DNA of 64,000 nucleotides from Patescibacteria group bacterium (GTDB lineage Bacteria; Patescibacteriota; Minisyncoccia; Portnoybacterales; UBA2143): NCBI GenBank assembly GCA_018830295.1, contig JAHJSM010000002.1, positions 115,131 to 179,130 of the forward strand, read 5' to 3'. Shown piece by piece: positions 58,463 to 64,000 of this stretch (position 1 is its first letter; each line of letters starts with the position of its first letter). The notes under the pieces were generated by a model. It saw only the letters and a program-made list of their open reading frames with translations, ran no database searches and was not told where the DNA came from. The position numbers and the translations under genes were made by a program.

Positions 58463-59524
58463 TTAATCTTTCTTTTTCTTGTTTTCTAAAATCTTTTTTA
58501 CTTCTTTGTCAAAATCGGAAATATATTTTTTGTCCTGTATTCTTTCAAATTTTTTAAATTCTTTTTCCGCTAAGGCAATTGCCACCTCGTGCGATATATT
58601 CCCCGTATTTTGAAGAATGTCTTTTTCATTAAATTTTAAAAACGCATTCAATTTTTTTACCCAATCTTTCATATACATTACCCGCCCGGCTTCCGCCTGC
58701 ATTTCCGCAAAACTTAAATACATATCAACAATCCTATTTAACTTATCAATCTCGTTTTCCGCCAAATAATTTTTCGCAACTATAACATCGGTTTCTCTAA
58801 TTTTCCCTTTTGGCGCGTATTTCCATGTCGTCAGTCCCATATTGGACTTTTTACTGTTCACTCTCTTATGAATTATTTCCGCGGCTGTTTTGCCGGTTAT
58901 GGCAAAATGAAGCTTATTTTGCACTGTGGCAAAAAATTGTTTAGTGATATTATTAGTCGGCGAATAATCGGCGCTGCATTGCGCGTATATGTCAGTTATT
59001 TTTTGATATAATCTTCTTTCACTTGAACGAATATTCCGTATTCTTGCCAACTGTTCTTCAAAATAGTCCTGCCCAAAAATATTGCTTGGATTTTTAAGCC
59101 GTTCATCGTCCATAGTAAAACCTTTGATGATATACTCTTTGAGCCGTTCGGTCGCCCAGACGCGAAAATGTGTTGCTTGAGCGCTATTAACCCGATAACC
59201 AACAGAGATAATAGCGTCAAGGTTATAAAATTTTGTAGATTGTATTTGCGTTTTTCCTTTAATGGCGCCGTGTTTAGTGGTATGTTCCAAAATGGAACTA
59301 ACCGAATTTTCTTGCAATTCTCCGCTTTGGAAAATATTTTTAAGATGCTTGGTAATAGCTGGTCTTTGTACCCCAAACAAAACAGCTATCTTATCCTGCG
59401 TTAACCAAATATTTTCATCGCGCAAAAATATCTCTACTTTTACTTTCCCATTCGGAGCGGTATAAAGTAAAAACTCGGTAAAACTATTATTAATTGGCGC
59501 AATTTGTTTTTGTTTATTCACCAT
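58463..59524 (-). CDS. RhuM-family protein
   Basis: N-terminal LLYTAPNGKVKVEIFLRDENIWLTQDKIAVLFGVQRPAITKHLKNIFQSGEL matches the RhuM pattern. Confidence 0.65.
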   Translation of the reverse strand: MVNKQKQIAPINNSFTEFLLYTAPNGKVKVEIFLRDENIWLTQDKIAVLFGVQRPAITKHLKNIFQSGELQENSVSSILEHTTKHGAIKGKTQIQSTKFYNLDAIISVGYRVNSAQATHFRVWATERLKEYIIKGFTMDDERLKNPSNIFGQDYFEEQLARIRNIRSSERRLYQKITDIYAQCSADYSPTNNITKQFFATVQNKLHFAITGKTAAEIIHKRVNSKKSNMGLTTWKYAPKGKIRETDVIVAKNYLAENEIDKLNRIVDMYLSFAEMQAEAGRVMYMKDWVKKLNAFLKFNEKDILQNTGNISHEVAIALAEKEFKKFERIQDKKYISDFDKEVKKILENKKKKD

Positions 59525-59611
59525 AATTATTATTCTCTCCCTCTCAACCCATCCCCCTCATATTACCCCGACCCCCGAGACAAATCAATCAAAAAACTGG
59601 CTGTTTCAACG

Positions 59612-59642
59612 GAAAAATTTGGGGACAGTCCCCGCAGCAGGG
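59612..59642. repeat. GC-rich palindromic element (duplicate of 57511-57541)
   Basis: family member. Confidence 0.8.
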
Positions 59643-59662
59643 ACTGTCCCCAAATTAAGATA

Positions 59663-60382
59663 TTAAAGCAATTTTTTCTCCGAGAAACTAAAAACTTTAG
59701 TTTTGGCGATGATGATGTGGTCAATGACTTCTATCCCCATGATTTTGCCGGCTTCAACGATGCGTTTGGTGGTTGTGAGGTCGTCTTGGGACGGTTCGGG
59801 GTCACCGGAGGGGTGGTTGTGGACTAAGACAATCGCGGCAGCGTTTTTTTGGAGGGCGTATTGAAAAATTTCTCGGGGGTGGACTAAATTCGCGTTGAGT
59901 GTACCGACAAACATTGGCTTTTTGAAAATCATTTCGTTGCGGGCGTTGAGGTAAATAACCATCAGATGTTCTCTTGTTTTGTCGCGCATATAGGAAACTT
60001 GGGCGATAATGTCTTTAGGCGTTTTGATAATTGGCGCGGTCTCGTCTCCGACGCCGATGGCGCGTTTGGTTAATTCCACGGCCGCCAAAATGACGCATGC
60101 TTTGGCTTGGCTAATCCCCTTGATTTCGGTCAGTTTCTCGTATGTTAAATTGAGGAATTTTTTGCGGGGGTATTTGGATAAAACCAACTTTGCTAATTCA
60201 AGAACATTTTTGCCTTGATAGCCGGTTCCTAAAAGAATCGCCAAAAGTTCGGCGTCTTTCAAATTTTGCGGTCCCCTATCTTTCATTTTCTCCCGCGGCC
60301 GGTCAACCGACGGAATATCGCTGATTTTAAATTTTTTCATGATTATATTTTTAATTATATCTTTTTGAACGAAGCGGGTCAA
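59663..60382 (-). CDS. radC: RadC-like JAB/JAMM domain protein
   Basis: HNHPSGDPEPSQDDLTTTKRI JAMM motif; N-terminal HhH-like ELLAILLGTG. Confidence 0.8.
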   Translation of the reverse strand: MTRFVQKDIIKNIIMKKFKISDIPSVDRPREKMKDRGPQNLKDAELLAILLGTGYQGKNVLELAKLVLSKYPRKKFLNLTYEKLTEIKGISQAKACVILAAVELTKRAIGVGDETAPIIKTPKDIIAQVSYMRDKTREHLMVIYLNARNEMIFKKPMFVGTLNANLVHPREIFQYALQKNAAAIVLVHNHPSGDPEPSQDDLTTTKRIVEAGKIMGIEVIDHIIIAKTKVFSFSEKKLL

Positions 60383-60521
60383 TCAAAAAACTGGCGCGGT
60401 TTTTTCCACGCCAGTTTGTTATATTATCCCTTTTTCTTGATTTTTACTCAAATTTTTTGTATCATAAATATTGTATTGGATGTTCTTGTTCTTTTTACTA
60501 ATTTCAGAAAGGAGGGCTGAA

Positions 60522-61079
60522 ATGACTATTGTTTTGAATTTGGCTCAAGCGCGGGCGAAGAGACAAAAAATGGCGCCTGAATCTTTAAACGAATTTCTCA
60601 AAAGGGCGACGAAATTGATTGGTAAAATTTCCACGCGCCAGGATAGCAGCGTCATTGCTACAACAAGAAGTATCGGTGGGTTAAAGAGAAGAATGGAAGG
60701 AATGATCGCGAAGAAAATCATCAAAGCGAAGATGATTGATAAGGGTTTGTTTTTATGCGGCATTTATATTCCGCAAATATTTGTGGAATATTTATCTTCT
60801 TCTCCGGAAAGTTGGCTAGCTGTTGACTATTCTTCGTGGGCGATTAAGCGAAAAAACGCTTTTGTTTTTAAGAAAGGAGGAGATGTTTGTTTTCTGATTT
60901 GCAGTATTTTTCCTGAACGGACGAATTGGCGAACAATGAGCGCTGATTATTATCAGAAAATGGGAGAAAGTTTTTACCATCAGTTTTACACTGAAAGCAA
61001 AAAAGAGATTGGTTACCACATGAGTAGTAATTTCGAAACAATGGTTGGTATAACAAAGGAATGTGTTCCTTTGATTTAA
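60522..61079 (+). CDS. hypothetical protein (start at SD-supported ATG 60522)
   Basis: SD AAAGGAGG upstream; TTGATT-N17-TATCAT promoter. Confidence 0.4.
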   Translation: MTIVLNLAQARAKRQKMAPESLNEFLKRATKLIGKISTRQDSSVIATTRSIGGLKRRMEGMIAKKIIKAKMIDKGLFLCGIYIPQIFVEYLSSSPESWLAVDYSSWAIKRKNAFVFKKGGDVCFLICSIFPERTNWRTMSADYYQKMGESFYHQFYTESKKEIGYHMSSNFETMVGITKECVPLI

Positions 61080-61134
61080 TGAAAATAAAAAAACCGCCTG
61101 TTAAAGACGGTTTTTTGTTTTGTTATCCATTTTT

Positions 61135-61341
61135 TTATCTCTTCTGATAAATTACCTTGGCCCAATCGCGATACAAATCATTAAGACGACACTCCATCTC
61201 AACAATTTTTTGAACGCGGGCTTTGTTTATGACGCCTACAACTGAAGCATCTAATTTGGCCGCGCAAATTTCCTTCGCGATTTCCTCTTTCAAATCAATA
61301 ATTTCTTTGGGGCAACTGGAATTAGAACACTTTGCATCCAT
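61135..61341 (-). CDS. hypothetical small Cys-containing protein
   Basis: ORF only. Confidence 0.3.
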   Translation of the reverse strand: MDAKCSNSSCPKEIIDLKEEIAKEICAAKLDASVVGVINKARVQKIVEMECRLNDLYRDWAKVIYQKR

Positions 61342-61374
61342 TAGAAACCTCTCTCCCTTTTGTTAGGGTTAATG

Positions 61375-61950
61375 TTAAGAACTAAGCGCCAACTGCTCCA
61401 AAAGTTCTTCTCTTCCTTTGTTTGTTTTGGCTGAATAGAGGATGATGTTTTGTTCGCCTGTTTTTTTCTTTATCATTTCCAATTGTTTTTTGACTTCTTT
61501 TTGTTTTAATTTGTCGGATTTGTTCGCGACGATGACAAAATCGTTTTCTCTCTTTCGCAACAAACCAAGCATTTCTATGTCAAAAGCGCTTGGTCCGACT
61601 TTCGCGTCAATAATGAGAACAACTTTTTTAAATATTATGCTTGATTTAAACAGATACCAAATAATCATTTTTCTGATTTTTTCTTTTTGCTTCAAAGAAA
61701 TTTTCATAAATCCATAACCGGGCAAGTCAATAAAATATGTGTTTTTGTTAATCAAAAAGTAGTTTATCTGCTGTGTTTTTCCGGGCGTTGAGCCGGACTT
61801 AACTAGCCCCTTTCTCTCAACGAGCGAGTTAATGACGCTTGATTTCCCGACATTAGAACGACCGATAAAAGCGATTTGCGGGTATTCGCTGTATAAAATT
61901 TCGTTCGTGCCGAGAACGCTTTTGACGAACTCTGCTGATTGAATAATCAT
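61375..61950 (-). CDS. engB: ribosome-biogenesis GTPase EngB/YsxC
   Basis: G1 GRSNVGKSS, G3 DLPGYG, G4 NKSD motifs. Confidence 0.85.
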   Translation of the reverse strand: MIIQSAEFVKSVLGTNEILYSEYPQIAFIGRSNVGKSSVINSLVERKGLVKSGSTPGKTQQINYFLINKNTYFIDLPGYGFMKISLKQKEKIRKMIIWYLFKSSIIFKKVVLIIDAKVGPSAFDIEMLGLLRKRENDFVIVANKSDKLKQKEVKKQLEMIKKKTGEQNIILYSAKTNKGREELLEQLALSS

Positions 61951-62045
61951 AAGATTATCTTAACAGGGAAAAACCATTTTGGCTAATTTTAAATTTCTGA
62001 TATAATACAAACAGTTATTTAACAACTAAAAAGGAGAGAGTAGCC

Positions 62046-62930
62046 ATGAAAGAAAAAGAAAGAAATCCGGTCAGCGAATATGCGGAAAAAATACGAAAAA
62101 TTCCCGTCTTGAGCAAAAAGGAAGAACTGGCATTGGCGAAAAAAACCGCGAGAGGGAATAAAGAAGCGAAAAAGAAAATGATTGAATCAAATTTAAAATT
62201 GGCGTTTAGTATCGCGTCAAGATACACAAGAAATTGGCGAAATGAGGTTTTGGACATCTTGGATTTAATCCAAGAGGGAAACACTGGTCTCTTTAGAGCC
62301 GTTGAAAAATTTGACTGGCGAAAAGGATACAAATTTTCAGTTTATGCCTCGTGGTGGATTAAAGCGGCAATATTAAAATTGCTCTGCGAAAAATCAAGAA
62401 CTATTAGAGTGCAAACCCACATCATTCTCGGCGTAAATCGTTATATCGAGGAGGTAAACGAAATACTCGCCAAAGAACATCGGACACCCACAAACCAAGA
62501 GATAGCCGAAAAAATAGGGCTTTCTGTCCAAACATTGCTTAAATATCTAAAATTGTTTCGAGAAGCTAACACAATTTCTATTGATTCTCCTCTTGGAACG
62601 GTAAGCGACCGTTGGGACACAAACACATTAAATGATGTTATCCCAGACAAAGAAACGCCCAACCCGGAAGAATTTGTCCGAATAAATCAACTTAATGAAA
62701 AAATCAGGAAAATGCTTTTATTTCTTACGCCAAGAGAAGAAAAAGTTTTAAGGATGCGTTATGGGATTGGAGAAAAATGGGATCACACACTCCGAGAAGT
62801 GGGAAATTTATTTGAAGTAACTCGCGAAGATATTAGGCAAATTGAAGTAAAAGCGTTAAGAAAACTCAATAAAAAATTTGTTGTCGGAACATTTAGAGGG
62901 CAAAATTTTGTTCTAAATGATTATTTATAA
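62046..62930 (+). CDS. sigma-70 family RNA polymerase sigma factor (second, shorter paralog)
   Basis: region 2 [37 protein letters not shown], regions 3 and 4 present; SD AAAGGAGAG. Confidence 0.8.
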   Translation: MKEKERNPVSEYAEKIRKIPVLSKKEELALAKKTARGNKEAKKKMIESNLKLAFSIASRYTRNWRNEVLDILDLIQEGNTGLFRAVEKFDWRKGYKFSVYASWWIKAAILKLLCEKSRTIRVQTHIILGVNRYIEEVNEILAKEHRTPTNQEIAEKIGLSVQTLLKYLKLFREANTISIDSPLGTVSDRWDTNTLNDVIPDKETPNPEEFVRINQLNEKIRKMLLFLTPREEKVLRMRYGIGEKWDHTLREVGNLFEVTREDIRQIEVKALRKLNKKFVVGTFRGQNFVLNDYL

Positions 62931-62977
62931 GAAAAGGAGGTTGCAAAAAGCAATCTCCTTTTATAATTTACACCATT

Positions 62978-63226
62978 CTACAACTTCCCTTCTGCTTCTT
63001 TTTCCATTTTATCCAACCGGGTGTAATAGTCAGGGAACTCGTTTAAATGCGCTAAAGCGATTTTACCAGTCATGATCGCGTCATCGTTTGTCACATTTGT
63101 CGCGGGGCTAACTAACCCGTGCTCTAATTCAACATCCATCCCCATCCTAAACTGTTCAAGATCAAACTTACTCCAATCAATTCCCAACGCCTCCCCGACT
63201 TCTTTCGCCTTTTCATTTGTAAACAT
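62978..63226 (-). CDS. hypothetical conserved small protein (MDVELEHG motif)
   Basis: ORF only. Confidence 0.35.
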   Translation of the reverse strand: MFTNEKAKEVGEALGIDWSKFDLEQFRMGMDVELEHGLVSPATNVTNDDAIMTGKIALAHLNEFPDYYTRLDKMEKEAEGKL

Positions 63227-63237
63227 ATATTTAATTA

Positions 63238-63268
63238 GGGGGCTGCCCCCGCAACGGGGGCAGCCCCC
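63238..63268. repeat. GC-rich palindromic element GGGGGCTGCCCCC-GCAAC-GGGGGCAGCCCCC (intergenic)
   Basis: same as 3263-3293 with reverse-complemented loop. Confidence 0.8.
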
Positions 63269-63278
63269 GTCTTAGTTA

Positions 63279-63497
63279 TTACTCTTCTAAACCCTTCTTA
63301 ACTTCCTCAAACTCATTTTCAATTTCCTTCAACCGCGCGCGGCTTGCTTTAATCAAATCGACCCCTGTTTTAACTTTTTCAAGCCCCGCCTCCACATCAA
63401 CTTCTTTTTGTTCGTCAAACCAACTAATAATCCCTTCTAATTTTTTTAATGAGTCCTTTAATTTATTTTTTTCCATAGTTATATTTTTAATCCACAC
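63279..63497 (-). CDS. xseB: exodeoxyribonuclease VII small subunit
   Basis: 72 aa helical protein, LEKLEGIISWFDEQ...VDLIKASRARLKEIE pattern, overlaps xseA end. Confidence 0.75.
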   Translation of the reverse strand: MWIKNITMEKNKLKDSLKKLEGIISWFDEQKEVDVEAGLEKVKTGVDLIKASRARLKEIENEFEEVKKGLEE

Positions 63498-63996
63498 TCT
63501 CCACTCTTGTCTTTATTTTACCATCTGCGACGCGAATATCAACCCCTTGTCCTGGCTCGACCTGCCGAACGCTTCTTAATATTTTTCCACTCGCTGAAGC
63601 GATGCTATACCCAAGTTTTAACTGCCTTTTTGGGTCGGCGGACTCAAGCTGTTTTTTCGCGTTGTTTAAATGATTATTTAAATAATCCAGTCCTCCCTGA
63701 AAATCAACTAAAAATTGATTGAGATAATTATCCAATTTTCCTCTGATGTTTTTGAGTGAATATCCCATCTCTGATAATTTATCTTTTAATTTGTTTTTGA
63801 CTGTTTCAAATCTTTTGAAAACAAATTCAGAATGCTGTTTTAATCCCCTAATTAAATTTTCCAACAATCTCTGCTCTTGATTAAAAACTTCCTGATATTT
63901 ATAGATTAAATCCCGTTCAAAGATTTTGACATTCGCAAGCGCGTTTTCCCACGATTTATTCAAGGCGACCGCGACGGCCGTGGGCGTTGATGTCAT
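63487..63996 (-). CDS. xseA: exodeoxyribonuclease VII large subunit, C-terminal part (N-terminus beyond window end)
   Basis: C-terminal LKLGYSIASA...GQGVDIRVADGKIKTRV block; ORF runs off the window. Confidence 0.7.
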   Translation of the reverse strand: MTSTPTAVAVALNKSWENALANVKIFERDLIYKYQEVFNQEQRLLENLIRGLKQHSEFVFKRFETVKNKLKDKLSEMGYSLKNIRGKLDNYLNQFLVDFQGGLDYLNNHLNNAKKQLESADPKRQLKLGYSIASASGKILRSVRQVEPGQGVDIRVADGKIKTRVESVD

Positions 63997-64000
63997 TAAA

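Overview
This 64 kb window is AT-rich with compact genes. Short sigma-70, PcsB-like and LCP/Wzy envelope genes suggest a Patescibacteria/CPR-like or other small-genome Gram-positive-type bacterium, but that is an inference. Two parts are distinct. (1) 1-30.5 kb and 60.4-64 kb are housekeeping: ftsW-murG-gltX, xerC, rpmA, pyrG, rplI, ctpA, an envelope glycosylation cluster (two GT2, LCP, Wzy), rpoD-dnaG, tRNA-Ser(GGA), htpX-lemA, groESL, a pyrD/pyrE/pyrF set with a duplicated promoter-leader, engB, a second sigma-70 factor and xseAB. (2) About 30.5-60.4 kb is an accessory island of mostly small minus-strand genes: nucleases (Cas4-like, HNH x2, SNase, HsdR_N-like, ParB-like), phage-type regulators (Bro-N, AntA), a BcgI-like Type IIB R-M system, DUF4238, DUF3800 (frameshifted), RhuM and RadC. 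The island genes are separated by recurring modular intergenic elements. These are terminator-hairpin plus TGGTATAAT promoter cassettes giving leaderless starts, a second TTGATT/TAATAT module, GC-rich GGGGACAGTCCCC-type palindromes that also sit in-frame inside core genes, and a roughly 170 bp repeat carrying the 3' end of a small ORF. The most notable candidate is a plus-strand RiPP-like locus at 36.1-40.7 kb. It has a radical-SAM/SPASM enzyme with a C-terminal PqqD-like region. A 53-aa Cys-containing peptide ORF, SD-supported and missing from the ORF track, overlaps its stop codon. Two paralogous 63-aa peptides and a zinc-ribbon protein lie nearby. A structured RNA leader with mutually exclusive helices sits upstream of a CPBP-like membrane protease gene near 47.9 kb. 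All functional calls are from motif recognition by eye; no database searches were possible.
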